Assembly (NCBI GenBank): GCA_963769555.1
Contig: CAVYMD010000002.1
Span: forward strand, 20,401-84,400
DNA: 64,000 nt
Source of the DNA: an uncultured Solirubrobacteraceae bacterium
Lineage (GTDB): Bacteria; Actinomycetota; Thermoleophilia; Solirubrobacterales; Solirubrobacteraceae
Direction of reading: 5' to 3'
In this document: piece by piece, positions 34,553 through 44,138 of the stretch
How positions within the stretch are numbered: position 1 is the stretch's first letter
Layout: each line of letters opens with the position of its first letter
Position numbers and translations under genes: made by a program
Notes under the pieces: generated by a model
Told to the model about the DNA's origin: nothing
The model's input: only the letters and a program-made list of their open reading frames with translations
Databases searched by the model: none

Positions 34553-35917
34553 TCAGGCGACCGAGGGCGCTCCCTCCGGCAGCGCCGCGAGCGCCGCGTC
34601 GAGATCGTCCTGCGAGAACTCGGGATCCTCGAGGGTGCCCGCGAGGTAGGCGTCGTAGGCGGCCAGGTCGAAGTGGCCGTGGCCGCAGAGCCCGAAGAGG
34701 ATGACGCGCTCCTCGCCGGCCTCCTTGGCGGCGAGCGCCTCGTCGATCGCCGCGCGGATCGCGTGCGCGGGCTCCGGCGCGGGGATGATCCCCTCCGTGC
34801 GCGCGAACTGCAGCGCCGCCTCGAACGTCTCGTTCTGGCGAAACGCGCGCGCCTCGAGCATGCCGGCCTTCAGCAGCGCGCAGACCATCGGCGCGTCGCC
34901 GTGGTAGCGCAGCCCGCCGGCGTGGACCGGCGGCGGGACGAAGCCGTGCCCGAGCGTGTACATCGGCATGAGCGGCGTCAGTCCCGCCGTGTCGCCGTAG
35001 TCGTAGGCGTAGACGCCCTTCGTGAGCGTCGGGCAGGCCGCGGGCTCGGCGGCGACGAAGCGCGGGCCCGAGCCCGCGCGCATCTTGCGCCGCATCCACG
35101 GAAACGCGAGGCCGCCGAAGTTCGAGCCGCCGCCGACGCAGCCGATGACGACGTCGGGCTCCTCGCCGGCCATCTCCATCTGGCCGATCGTCTCCTGGCC
35201 GATGATCGTCTGGTGCAGCAGGACGTGGTTGAGCACCGAGCCCAGGGCGTAGTTGGTGTCCTCGTTCTGCGCGGCGACCTCGACGGCCTCGGAGATCGCG
35301 ATGCCAAGCGATCCCGTGGGGTGCGCCTGGTTGGCCTGGCCGGACTGCGTGAGCGTCGACGGCGAGCGGTGCACGGTCGCGCCCCAGGTCTGCATCATCG
35401 AGCGCCGGTAGGGCTTCTGGTCGTAGCTCGAGCCGACCATGAAGACCTCGCACTCCAGCCCGAAGAGCGAGCAGGCGAAGGCCAGCGACGAGCCCCACTG
35501 GCCGGCGCCGGTCTCCGTCGTGAGCTTCTTGACGCCGGCCTGCGCGTTGGCGAACGCCTGCGGCACCGCGGTGTTGGGCTTGTGCGAGCCGGCGGGGGAG
35601 ACGCCCTCGTACTTGTAGTAGATGTGGGCCGGGGTGCCGAGCGCCTGCTCCAGGCGCCGGGCGCGGTACAGCGGCGACGGGCGCCACAGGCGGTAGACGT
35701 CGCGCACCTCGTCGGGGATCGGGATGTCGTGGTCGCCGGAGACCTCCTGACCGATGAGCTCCATCGGGAAGATCGGCGTCAGGTCGGGCGGCCCCGCGGG
35801 CGCCATCGTCTGCGGGTTGAGCGGCGGCAGCGGCTCGCCCGGCAGGTCGGGGAGGAGGTTCACCCAGTGGGTCGGGATCGCATCCTCGGAGAGGAGGAAC
35901 TTCGTCGTCTCGGCCAT
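34553..35917 (-). CDS. TrpB-like PLP-dependent enzyme (tryptophan synthase beta, TrpB2 type)
   Basis: Long TrpB2-type N-terminus ([13 protein letters not shown]). PLP-lysine context [26 protein letters not shown] loop. Confidence 0.85.
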   Translation of the reverse strand: MAETTKFLLSEDAIPTHWVNLLPDLPGEPLPPLNPQTMAPAGPPDLTPIFPMELIGQEVSGDHDIPIPDEVRDVYRLWRPSPLYRARRLEQALGTPAHIYYKYEGVSPAGSHKPNTAVPQAFANAQAGVKKLTTETGAGQWGSSLAFACSLFGLECEVFMVGSSYDQKPYRRSMMQTWGATVHRSPSTLTQSGQANQAHPTGSLGIAISEAVEVAAQNEDTNYALGSVLNHVLLHQTIIGQETIGQMEMAGEEPDVVIGCVGGGSNFGGLAFPWMRRKMRAGSGPRFVAAEPAACPTLTKGVYAYDYGDTAGLTPLMPMYTLGHGFVPPPVHAGGLRYHGDAPMVCALLKAGMLEARAFRQNETFEAALQFARTEGIIPAPEPAHAIRAAIDEALAAKEAGEERVILFGLCGHGHFDLAAYDAYLAGTLEDPEFSQDDLDAALAALPEGAPSVA

Positions 35918-36008
35918 GGGCTCGACTCTATGCGCTGCGCGCGCAGGCAGCGAAGCCGAGCGGGCGCAGGCGCGGCGCCCGCCGGTGGCCGGAGCGCCGG
36001 GGCGGGTC

Positions 36009-36671
36009 CTAGTTGACGCTCGGGTCCACCGGCATGCGCGCGACGAGCGCGAAGTGGCCGCCCTTGCGGGAGAGCACGCGGGTCCACAGCTCCTCGGCGT
36101 CGGGGTTGAAGATGTCGTCGATCCCCGCGGGGGCGACGAACCAGTCGTCGCGCTCGAGCTCGTCGTCGAGCTGGCCCGGGCCCCAGCCCGCGTAGCCGGC
36201 GAAGATCCGCACGCGCTGCGTCACGGCGGAGAGGTCGGTGACGTCGCTGCCGTCGCCGACGAGCCCGACGTTGCCGACGACGGCGATGCCGGCCTGGGAG
36301 GGGTCGTCGAACTCGGCGAGGACGAGCAGCGCGTCGGGCTGCACGGGGCCGCCCGAGTCGATGATCGCCTCCTCGCCGGCGAGATCGGCGAGCTCGGGCG
36401 CCGAGTCGCCCACCACGAGCTCGCCGGGGCGGTTGAGCACGAGCCCGAGCGCGCCGTCGTCGCTGTGCTCGCAGATGAGCACGACGGCGCGCGAGAAGTT
36501 CGGGTCGGGCAGCGTCGCGCCCGCGATGAGCAGTTGTCCGCGCAGGGAGTCGATGCAGCAACTTGTACCCGTTTCGGCGCGGTCGAGGCCTCGGATCCGG
36601 CGTTCCTCGACGGACGTCCGATGCCAGGCGTTTGCGGGCCGTGCACTGCGGGAAACCGCAAGCCCCGACAT
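36009..36671 (-). CDS. YqgE/AlgH family (UPF0301) protein
   Basis: [36 protein letters not shown] and [17 protein letters not shown]. The only canonical in-frame start is ATG 36671. Confidence 0.8.
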   Translation of the reverse strand: MSGLAVSRSARPANAWHRTSVEERRIRGLDRAETGTSCCIDSLRGQLLIAGATLPDPNFSRAVVLICEHSDDGALGLVLNRPGELVVGDSAPELADLAGEEAIIDSGGPVQPDALLVLAEFDDPSQAGIAVVGNVGLVGDGSDVTDLSAVTQRVRIFAGYAGWGPGQLDDELERDDWFVAPAGIDDIFNPDAEELWTRVLSRKGGHFALVARMPVDPSVN

Positions 36672-36864
36672 GGGAAGCCGCCCGAGCCGCTGGTGGTACG
36701 CGCTGCTGGGCCTGCCCCTGCTCGGGCTGCTGTACCCGCCGCTCTACGCGCGCCAGGACCCGGAGATCGCGGGCGTTCCGTTCTTCTACTGGTACCAGTT
36801 CGCCTGGGTCGTCGCGGCGGCGCTCATCACGCTCGTCGTCTATCTCGCCACGCGCCGGTCGTGA
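36670..36864 (+). CDS. Small two-TM membrane protein (DUF3311-like), partner of the SSS transporter
   Basis: 64 aa: WWYALLGLPLLGLLYPPLYA...VPFFYWYQFAWVVAAALITLVVYL. Its stop overlaps the transporter GTG. Confidence 0.6.
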   Translation: MGSRPSRWWYALLGLPLLGLLYPPLYARQDPEIAGVPFFYWYQFAWVVAAALITLVVYLATRRS

Positions 36865-38453
36865 CCCTGGCGACCGTCGCCCAGCAGAGCCACGCCACGA
36901 ACGCGACGGCGCTCGCGATCTTCGCCGCGCTGTTCGTCCTCGTGACCGTGCTCGGCTTCGTCGCGGCCCGCTGGCGGCGGGCGCAGCTCGACCACCTCGA
37001 CGAGTGGGGACTCGGCGGCCGGCGCTTCGGGACCGTCATCACGTGGTTTCTGCTCGGCGGCGACCTCTACACGGCGTACACGTTCATCGCCGTGCCGGCG
37101 CTCGTCTTCGGCGCGGGCGCGATCGGGTTCTTCGCGCTGCCCTACACGATCATGGTCTATCCGCTCATCTTCATGGTCATGCCGCGGCTGTGGACGGTCT
37201 GCCGCGCGCACGGCTACGTCACCCCGGCGGACTTCGTGCGCGGGCGCTACGGCTCGCGTCCGCTCGCGCTCGTCGTCGCGCTGACGGGGCTGCTGGCGAC
37301 GATGCCCTACATCGCCCTCCAGCTCGTCGGCATGCAGGTCGTCTTCGGCGCGCTCGGCGTCGCCGGCGACTGGCCGCTCATCCTCGCCTTCGTGATCCTC
37401 GCGGCCTACACGTACCAGTCGGGGCTGCGCGCGCCGGCGCTCATCGCGGTCGTCAAGGACACGCTCATCTACGTGACGATCCTCGTCGCCGTCATCTACA
37501 TCCCGTCCAAGGTCGGCGGCTTCGGCGCGATCTTCGACGCGGCCGGCAGGGCGCTGCCCGACCGCGCGCCGAAGCCCGGGACGCTCATCCCCGCCGGCGC
37601 CGACGCGATGGTCGCCTACGCGACGCTCGCGTTCGGCTCGGCGCTCGCGCTCTTTCTCTACCCGCACGCGATCACGGCGGTGCTGAGCGCCAGGAGCGCG
37701 CAGACGGTCCGCCGCAACACGGCGCTGCTGCCGGCCTACACGTTCCTGCTCGGGCTCATCGCGCTGCTCGGCTACATGGCGATCGCGCGGGGGATCGAGC
37801 CCGGCGATCCGAACTTCACGGTGCCGGACCTGTTTCTCAGCGTCTTTCCGTCGTGGTTCGTCGGCGTCGCCTTCGCGGCGATCGCGATCGGGGCGCTCGT
37901 GCCCGCGGCGGTCATGTCGATCGCCGCGGCGAACCTCTTCACGCGCAGCATCTACAAGGAGTACCTGCGCCCGCAGGCCTCGCACGCCGACGAGGCGCGG
38001 ACGGCGAAGCTCGTCTCGCTCGTCGTCAAGGTCGGCGCGCTCGCCATCATCGTGACGCTGCCGACGAAGTACGCGATCGAGCTGCAGCTGCTCGGCGGCG
38101 TCTGGATCCTGCAGACGCTGCCGGCGATCGTCGTGGGCCTGTACTCGCGCTGGCTGCACCGCTGGGCGCTGGTGGCCGGCTGGGCCACGGGGATGCTGCT
38201 GGGCACGCTCATGGCGGCCTCGCAGGACTTCGCGCCGACGTACCCGCTCGAGCTGCTCGGGACGAAGATCAACGCCTACACGGGCGTCTTCGCGCTCGCC
38301 GCCAACCTCGTCGTCACGGTCGCGCTGACCGCCGCCCTGCGCGGCGCCGGGCGCGTGCCCGACGACGCCGACGAGACGTCGCCCGGCGACTTCGACGAGC
38401 TGTCGGAGGACGCCGTCCGGCCGGCGCGCGCGGTGGCGGCCCCGGTGGCGTAG
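36861..38453 (+). CDS. Sodium:solute symporter (SSS) family transporter
   Basis: GTGA overlap with the upstream small gene. About 13 predicted TM helices and SSS-type segments (WGLGGRRFGTVITWFLLGGDLYTAYTF). Confidence 0.85.
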   Translation: MTLATVAQQSHATNATALAIFAALFVLVTVLGFVAARWRRAQLDHLDEWGLGGRRFGTVITWFLLGGDLYTAYTFIAVPALVFGAGAIGFFALPYTIMVYPLIFMVMPRLWTVCRAHGYVTPADFVRGRYGSRPLALVVALTGLLATMPYIALQLVGMQVVFGALGVAGDWPLILAFVILAAYTYQSGLRAPALIAVVKDTLIYVTILVAVIYIPSKVGGFGAIFDAAGRALPDRAPKPGTLIPAGADAMVAYATLAFGSALALFLYPHAITAVLSARSAQTVRRNTALLPAYTFLLGLIALLGYMAIARGIEPGDPNFTVPDLFLSVFPSWFVGVAFAAIAIGALVPAAVMSIAAANLFTRSIYKEYLRPQASHADEARTAKLVSLVVKVGALAIIVTLPTKYAIELQLLGGVWILQTLPAIVVGLYSRWLHRWALVAGWATGMLLGTLMAASQDFAPTYPLELLGTKINAYTGVFALAANLVVTVALTAALRGAGRVPDDADETSPGDFDELSEDAVRPARAVAAPVA

Positions 38454-38468
38454 CGGCCCGCGCCGCGG

Positions 38469-38918
38469 TCAGCCTTCCTGCGGAGGCCAGACGGCGGGAT
38501 GCAGCGCCTCGAGCGCGTCGCGCAGCGCATGCGCGCGCCGCGGGCCGAGCCGCTCGGCCCAGTCGCGCTCGATGGCCGCGATGATCCGCGCCCCTTCGGT
38601 GGCCGCGGCGGCACCGCGCGGGGTGAGACGCACGAGCTTGGCGCGCCCGTCCTGGGGGTCGGGCAGGCGCGCGGCGTAGCCGAGCCGGACGAGGTCGTCG
38701 ACGGCCGCGACCACGGTGGGCTTCGTGAGCCCGGCGGCGCGGGCGAGGTCGGTGAGGCGCGAGCCGTCGGGCTCGGCGTACTGCAGCACGCACCCGTGCG
38801 CCGGGCGCACGTCGGCGTAGCCGGCGGCCGCGAGCTCGCGGTGCAGGCGCGCGACGAGCGCCTCGAAGGAGTGCTTGAGGAGCTGGGCGAGGTTGAGGTC
38901 GGGGCTTGACGCGGGCAC
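38469..38918 (-). CDS. MarR family transcriptional regulator
   Basis: Winged HTH LTDLARAAGLTKPTVVAAVDDLVRLGYAARLPDPQDGRAKLVRLTPRG. GTG start. Confidence 0.85.
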   Translation of the reverse strand: MPASSPDLNLAQLLKHSFEALVARLHRELAAAGYADVRPAHGCVLQYAEPDGSRLTDLARAAGLTKPTVVAAVDDLVRLGYAARLPDPQDGRAKLVRLTPRGAAAATEGARIIAAIERDWAERLGPRRAHALRDALEALHPAVWPPQEG

Positions 38919-38927
38919 GGAGAGGAA

Positions 38928-38942
38928 GTTAGTGTGTCTAAC
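38928..38942. promoter_or_regulatory. Inverted repeat GTTAG-TGTGT-CTAAC in the marR / nitronate-monooxygenase divergent region (candidate MarR operator)
   Basis: A perfect 5-bp-arm palindrome in the only AT-richer stretch of the 53-bp intergenic region. Confidence 0.4.
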
Positions 38943-38971
38943 GAACCATACTGATCCAAGGGGACGATCGG

Positions 38972-39844
38972 ATGATCACCACGACGTTCACGCAACTGGT
39001 CGGTTGCTCGGCGCCCGTGCAGCAGGCGCCCAACGGCGAGCTGGCGAGCGAGCCGGCACTCGCGATCGCGGTGGCTCGCGCGGGCGGCCACGGCATGCTC
39101 GCCGCGCTCACGACACCGCTGGGAGAGCTCGAGGCCTCGCTCGGCGAGCTCGCCGGCGCGGCCGGTACCGCATGGGGGGTGAACGTCGTCGTGCCGATGA
39201 CCCCGCGCGAGTCCGTCGAGCTGGCGGCCGAGCGCGCACCGCTGCTGGACTTCCACCAGGGCGACCCCGATCCTGCGCTCGTGGAGCTCGCGCACGCCGG
39301 CGGCGCGCTCGCGAGCTGGCAGGTCGGTACGGCGCGCGAGGCGCGCGAGGCGCAGGAGGCCGGCTGCGACCTCGTCGTCGCCCAGGGGATCGAGGCCGCC
39401 GGCTATACGCGCGGGCGCGCCGGCACGATGGCGCTCCTGCAGGAGGTGCTCGAGAGCGTCCGCATCCCGGTGCTCGCGGCGGGCGGGATCGGCACGGCGC
39501 GCGGCGTCGCGGCGGCGCTCGCCGCGGGCGCCGCGGGCGTCCGCGTCGGCACGCGCTTCCTCGCCGCGCGCGAGGCCGGAGCCGACAGGCGCTACGTCGA
39601 CGCGCTCATCGCCGCGTGCGCCGAGGACACCGTCCTGACCGACCGGTTCGCGCCGCCCGGCGTGCCGATCCGCGCGCGCGCGCTGCGGGCGGCGGCCGAG
39701 CGCGGCGAGGCCTACCTCGCGGGCGAGTCCGTCGGCGCGGTGCGCGCCGCTCAGCCGGCGGCGGAGATCGTCGGCGAGCTCGCCACGGGCGCCGAGCGCC
39801 TGTTGACGCGCGCGGCGAGCCTCGTCGAGCCGGTCGCCGCCTAG
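38972..39844 (+). CDS. Nitronate monooxygenase / 2-nitropropane dioxygenase family (FabK-like TIM-barrel flavoprotein)
   Basis: N-terminal FTQLVGCSAPVQQAP, then VVAQGIEAAGYTRG and PVLAAGGIGTARGVAAALAAGAAGVRVGTRF. Confidence 0.8.
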   Translation: MITTTFTQLVGCSAPVQQAPNGELASEPALAIAVARAGGHGMLAALTTPLGELEASLGELAGAAGTAWGVNVVVPMTPRESVELAAERAPLLDFHQGDPDPALVELAHAGGALASWQVGTAREAREAQEAGCDLVVAQGIEAAGYTRGRAGTMALLQEVLESVRIPVLAAGGIGTARGVAAALAAGAAGVRVGTRFLAAREAGADRRYVDALIAACAEDTVLTDRFAPPGVPIRARALRAAAERGEAYLAGESVGAVRAAQPAAEIVGELATGAERLLTRAASLVEPVAA

Positions 39845-40590
39845 CCCTGCAGGAGGAGCACGATCGCCGCCGCCGTGCCGTAGGCCACGACGGCGCCGCG
39901 CAGGGCGGCGGGCGGCAGCCGGCGCGCCGCCCCGACGCCGATCGCGCCGCCCGCCAGCGAGGCCAGGCCCACGACCGCCGCCGCGTCCCAGGCGACGGGG
40001 CCGAAGAGCGCGAAGCCGGCGGCCGTCACGAGCGCGACGAGCAGCGAGAGCACGCCCTTGAGCGCGTTCAGGCGCTGCAGGTCCTCGACGAGGAAGACGC
40101 CGAGGATCGCGAGCAGGACGATGCCCAGCCCGGCGCCGAAGTAGCCGCCGTAGACGGTCGCGGCGAAGACCGCCGCGTGCGGCGCGAGCGGCGATCGCGC
40201 TCGCTCGCGCCGGCCGACGAACGCGGCGACGCGCGGCTGCGCGAGGAGCAGCCCGCAGGCCGCGAGGATCAGCCAGGGCACGATCGCCTCGAAGACGCTC
40301 GCCGGGCTGACGAGCAGCAGCGCCGCCCCCGTCCCGGCGCCGAGCGCGCTCGTCAGCGCGAACGCGCGGATCCGCGCGCCCTGGCCGCGCAGCTCGCGGC
40401 GGTAGGCGAGCGAGCCGCCGGCGTAGCCCGGCAGCACGGCGATCGCGTTCGTGACGTTGGCGGCGATGCTCGGGTAGCCGGCCGCCAGCAGCGCCGGGAA
40501 GGAGATGAGCGAGCCCCCGCCGCCGACGGCGTTGACGGCGCCGGCGCCGAAGCCCGCGCCCGCGAGGAGCGCGGCCGTGGCGGCGTCCAT
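39841..40590 (-). CDS. TauE/SafE (DUF81) family sulfite/anion exporter
   Basis: LLAGAGFGAGAVNAVGGGGSLISFPALL plus repeated Gly-rich TM helices. Its stop shares CTAG with the convergent upstream gene. Confidence 0.85.
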   Translation of the reverse strand: MDAATAALLAGAGFGAGAVNAVGGGGSLISFPALLAAGYPSIAANVTNAIAVLPGYAGGSLAYRRELRGQGARIRAFALTSALGAGTGAALLLVSPASVFEAIVPWLILAACGLLLAQPRVAAFVGRRERARSPLAPHAAVFAATVYGGYFGAGLGIVLLAILGVFLVEDLQRLNALKGVLSLLVALVTAAGFALFGPVAWDAAAVVGLASLAGGAIGVGAARRLPPAALRGAVVAYGTAAAIVLLLQG

Positions 40591-40636
40591 CGCGGGCGCC
40601 TACGCGTCCGGCCGCGTGCGAGCGGCGCCGCGGCGG

Positions 40637-41152
40637 TCAGGCATCGCGCTCGGCGAGCGGGCGCGCGGGCACGCCGCCCACGCTGGCGCCCGGGGCGACG
40701 TCGCGGGTCACGACGGCACGCGGGCCGACGACCGCCCGCGGGCCGACGGCGACCCCGCGCAGGACGGCCGCGTCGAGGCCGATGCGGGCCCCGTCGCCGA
40801 TCGCGATCGGCGAGCTGACGAGCGGCTGCACGCGGATCGGCAGCTCGACGTCCTCGATGACGTGGTCGAAGTCGACGAGCACGACGCCGTCGTCGAGCCG
40901 GGCGCCGTCGCCGATCGTCACGCGCTCGTGGGCGACGATCGTGCAGCGCTCGCCGAGCGTCGCGCGCGCGCCGATCTCGACCCGGCCGCCCTGGACGACG
41001 ATGCGCGTGCCGTCGCCGATGCGGCACCCGTCGCCGAGCACGAGCTCGCTGCCCGGCAGGATCTGCAGCCGCACGCGGCGGCCGAGGCGGACGCCGTGCC
41101 CGGCGCGGACGCCGCGCCGGTGCAGCAGGCGCGATCTTTTCAGGGGCGACAT
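40637..41152 (-). CDS. Left-handed beta-helix (hexapeptide-repeat) acyl/acetyltransferase
   Basis: Repeated [LIV]-G-x4 hexapeptides (IGDGTRI, IGARATLGERCTI, IGDGARL, IGDGARIGLDAAVL, VGGVPA). Confidence 0.8.
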   Translation of the reverse strand: MSPLKRSRLLHRRGVRAGHGVRLGRRVRLQILPGSELVLGDGCRIGDGTRIVVQGGRVEIGARATLGERCTIVAHERVTIGDGARLDDGVVLVDFDHVIEDVELPIRVQPLVSSPIAIGDGARIGLDAAVLRGVAVGPRAVVGPRAVVTRDVAPGASVGGVPARPLAERDA

Positions 41153-41176
41153 GGCGCGGATGCTACGCGCGCGCCG

Positions 41177-41225
41177 GCCGGGTGAGGTCGGCCGGATGAG
41201 GTCAGGCCGGTGAGGTCAGCCCGGC
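41177..41225. repeat. Three tandem 14-15-bp repeats GCCGG(N)TGAGGTC(A)G
   Basis: gccgggtgaggtcg / gccggatgaggtcag / gccggtgaggtcag. The repeats sit between the SGNH-hydrolase stop (inside repeat 3) and the acetyltransferase start. Confidence 0.85.
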
Positions 41226-41890
41226 GGCCGCAGGCGCTCGCGCGCCCGGCGCGCGAGGTCGCGGGCGAGCGCCCGGGCGTGGGCGGGGGCGTAGCGCGCG
41301 GCGCCCGCGCGCCGCTCGGCGACGAGCGCGGAGGGCAGCTGCGCGGCGCCGAGCGCACGAGCGGCGCGGTCGGCGATCTCGAGCTGGCCCAGGGCGGTCG
41401 GGTGGACGGCGTCGGGCAGCACGAGGGTCCAGCCGGCGAGGTCCGCGAGGTCCGCGAGCACGGCCCCGTGGCGGGCGGCGACGCGCCGGACCGCGGCGTT
41501 GGCGGTGACCGGCTTGGGCGCGCAGGTCGGCCGGCCGAGGTCCTCGGGCAGCGTGAGCATGAGCAGGCGCCCGGCCCGCGCGGCGAGGCCCGCGGCGATC
41601 GCGTCGAGGTCGCGCTCGTACGCCGCCGCGTCGAAGGCGGGCGAGCGTACGTCGTTGACGCCCGCGTACAGCGCGGCGACGTCGTACTCGTGGCGCGCGC
41701 GCGGCAACTGCTCGTGCAGGACGTCCGCCGCGACGGCGCCGTTGGAGGCGTAGCAGGAGTAGGGCAGGTCGAGCGCTCGGGCCAGCCACTGCGCCCACGA
41801 CAGCGGCGTGACGCCGAGCGCCATCGACCCCTCCCCGAGGGTGATGCTGTCGCCGAGCGCGACGAGACCCAGGCGCGGCCGGGACGCCAT
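41216..41890 (-). CDS. SGNH/GDSL-family hydrolase
   Basis: Block I LVALGDSITLG, block III YAGVNDV and block V LPDAVHPT. Confidence 0.75.
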   Translation of the reverse strand: MASRPRLGLVALGDSITLGEGSMALGVTPLSWAQWLARALDLPYSCYASNGAVAADVLHEQLPRARHEYDVAALYAGVNDVRSPAFDAAAYERDLDAIAAGLAARAGRLLMLTLPEDLGRPTCAPKPVTANAAVRRVAARHGAVLADLADLAGWTLVLPDAVHPTALGQLEIADRAARALGAAQLPSALVAERRAGAARYAPAHARALARDLARRARERLRPPG

Positions 41891-41893
41891 CGC

Positions 41894-42835
41894 TCAGCCG
41901 GCGTTGCGGCCGGCGATCATGAGGTTGTAGAAGACCCTGGCGGGCAGCCGGCCCTCGAGCAGCGCGACGTCGACGCGCTGCAGCGCCAGGTAGCCGCGGA
42001 AGGCGTACTGGCGCCACAGCCAGGGGATGTCGTCGGGTTGCGCGGTCGCCTCGAGCGTGCGGTTCATCCAGCCGAACCAGTTGGCGAGCAGCTCCTCGCC
42101 GCGTACGCGCACGTCGGCGAAGCCGGCGCCGATCCCCCACGCGGCGAGCTCGTCGGGATCGAACGCGTGCACGTCGACGAAGGCCTCCAGCGACTCGCCG
42201 TCGAGGTCGTCGTGCTCCTGCGGCCACTCGTCGTGCGTGTCGGGGAACCCGTAGCCGTCGGCGGCGCGCGCGCGCATGAGCGCTCGCCAGATCGGCGCGG
42301 TGCGCAGCGCCGCGCGCTTGGGGTAGGCGGCGATGCGGTCCCCCGTGCGCGACGGCTCGCCCGCGAAGAGGAACTCGCCGCCCGGGCGCAGCACGCGGCG
42401 AAACTCTCCGAACGCGCGGTCCAGGCGCGGGATGTGATGCAGCACGGCGTGGCCGAGCACGAGGTCGAACGAGTCGTCGGGAAACGGCAGCCGCTCGGCG
42501 TCGCAGGCGACGGTCTCGACCTCGACGCCGATCCGCCGCGCGTTGGCCTGCAGCGCGTCGAGCATCCCCGGCGAGATGTCGCTCGCGACGGCCTCCTGCA
42601 CGATGCCGTCCTGGAGCATGTTCAGCGTGAAGTAGCCGGTGCCCGAGCCGATCTCCAGCGAGCGGCCGTACGTCGGCAGCGGGTTGCCGAGCAGCTTGCG
42701 CAGCTTGCCGCGCACCTGGTGGCGCCCGATCTCGCCGTAGTCGACGCCCCACTTCGTGTCGTAGTGCTCGGCCGCGGCGTCGTGGTAGCGCGTGTTGACG
42801 TCGCGGATCGCCTCGGCGGTGTGCGGAGCTGCCAC
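41894..42835 (-). CDS. Class I SAM-dependent methyltransferase
   Basis: Motif I SLEIGSGTGYFTLN and post-I/II motifs (DISPGML, LRPGGEFLF). Confidence 0.8.
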   Translation of the reverse strand: MAAPHTAEAIRDVNTRYHDAAAEHYDTKWGVDYGEIGRHQVRGKLRKLLGNPLPTYGRSLEIGSGTGYFTLNMLQDGIVQEAVASDISPGMLDALQANARRIGVEVETVACDAERLPFPDDSFDLVLGHAVLHHIPRLDRAFGEFRRVLRPGGEFLFAGEPSRTGDRIAAYPKRAALRTAPIWRALMRARAADGYGFPDTHDEWPQEHDDLDGESLEAFVDVHAFDPDELAAWGIGAGFADVRVRGEELLANWFGWMNRTLEATAQPDDIPWLWRQYAFRGYLALQRVDVALLEGRLPARVFYNLMIAGRNAG

Positions 42836-42866
42836 GCGGCGGCAGTCTATTCGGGCGCGGCGCGCG

Positions 42867-44102
42867 CTACACGCGCCCGGCCTCCTCCGCGGCGGCCCGC
42901 AGGCGCTTGGCGAGCTCGGCGGTGAGCGCGCCGGGCGCCATCCGCCAGCGCCAGCTCCCGGTCGCGCGGCCGGGGATGTTCATGCGCGCCTCGCTGCCGA
43001 GGCCGAGCACGTCCTGCGCCTGGACCATCGCCAGGCGCGCCGGCGACGAGTAGGCGAGGCGGATCATCGACCACCACGGCTCGGGCTCGCGCGTGCCGGC
43101 GGCGTCGATCGCGGCGTCGGCGGCCGCGCGCGCGCCTTCGTCGAGCGCCTCCCACCAGCCGCGCAGGGTGTCGTTGTCGTGCGTGCCCGTGTACACGACG
43201 CTGTTGCGCTCGTGGTGCTCGAGGCGGTGCGGGCCGTGCGGGTCGTCGGGATCGAAGCCGAACTGCATGACGACCATGCCGGGAAAGCCGAGCGAGCGGC
43301 GCAGGCGCTCGACGGGCTCGGTGATGACGCCGAGGTCCTCGGCGATGACCGGCAGCTCGCCGAGCTCGCGCGACGCCGCGTCGAAGAGGGCGCGGCCGGG
43401 GCCGCGGCGCCAGCGCCCGCCGCGCGCGTCGGCGGCGCCCTCCGGCACGGCCCAGTAGGCGACGAAGCCGCGGAAGTGGTCGATCCGCGTGACGTCGAAG
43501 AGCGCGAACGTGCGGCGCAGGCGCTCGGTCCACCACGCGTAGCGGCGGCGCTGCAGCGCCGGCCAGTCGTAGAGCGGGTTGCCCCACAGCTGCCCGGACT
43601 GCGACAGCGCGTCGGGCGGCGCGCCGGCGACGTCGCCCTCGCGAAAGAGCTCGGGCCAAGCCAGGTGGTCGGCGCTGCCCGGCGCGACGTAGATCGGCAC
43701 GTCGCCGATGAGGCCGACCCCCCGCTCGGCCGCGTAGGCGCGCAGCGCGCTCCACTCGCGATCGAAGCGGACCTGGTCGGCGACCGCGCGGCGGCCGCCC
43801 GCGACGCGCTCCCAGTCGCCGATCCAGAAGCGCTCGCGCGCGCGGAACTCGTCGATCTCGGCGTCGCCGACCGGTGCGCTCGGATCGGCGAGCAGGCCCG
43901 GCCAGGCGGCGAAGGCCGACCTGGCCTTGTACGGTGATCGTGCGCGGTCGGGCGGACCCAGCGGCAGCATCTGCCACCAGGACTGCCCCGCCGCCGCGAG
44001 CCAGTCGACGAAGCGGTAGGCGTCGTCGCCGAGCCGCCCGGCCGGGAGGCTGGTGGGATGCAGCTGCAGGCCTGCCGATCGGGTTGAAAGCTGCGTCTTC
44101 AC
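42867..44102 (-). CDS. malQ: 4-alpha-glucanotransferase (amylomaltase, GH77)
   Basis: [11 protein letters not shown]...[36 protein letters not shown] and YTGTHDNDT. In-frame GTG start at 44102. The 1068-aa ORF-track entry is read-through antisense to glgE. Confidence 0.8.
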   Translation of the reverse strand: MKTQLSTRSAGLQLHPTSLPAGRLGDDAYRFVDWLAAAGQSWWQMLPLGPPDRARSPYKARSAFAAWPGLLADPSAPVGDAEIDEFRARERFWIGDWERVAGGRRAVADQVRFDREWSALRAYAAERGVGLIGDVPIYVAPGSADHLAWPELFREGDVAGAPPDALSQSGQLWGNPLYDWPALQRRRYAWWTERLRRTFALFDVTRIDHFRGFVAYWAVPEGAADARGGRWRRGPGRALFDAASRELGELPVIAEDLGVITEPVERLRRSLGFPGMVVMQFGFDPDDPHGPHRLEHHERNSVVYTGTHDNDTLRGWWEALDEGARAAADAAIDAAGTREPEPWWSMIRLAYSSPARLAMVQAQDVLGLGSEARMNIPGRATGSWRWRMAPGALTAELAKRLRAAAEEAGRV

Positions 44103-44138
44103 GTTACGAACCGCCGGAAACGGAGAGAGTGATTGGGA

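Noticed and set aside
36669-36672. Divergent genes (yqgE-like and the DUF3311-like gene) whose ATG start codons overlap in the palindrome CATG, leaving no promoter space
   Set aside because: Most likely a start-codon assignment issue. The YqgE-like protein would be about 20-35 aa longer than the conserved core, and no alternative canonical start was found. There is not enough evidence to claim a genuine overlapping divergent pair.
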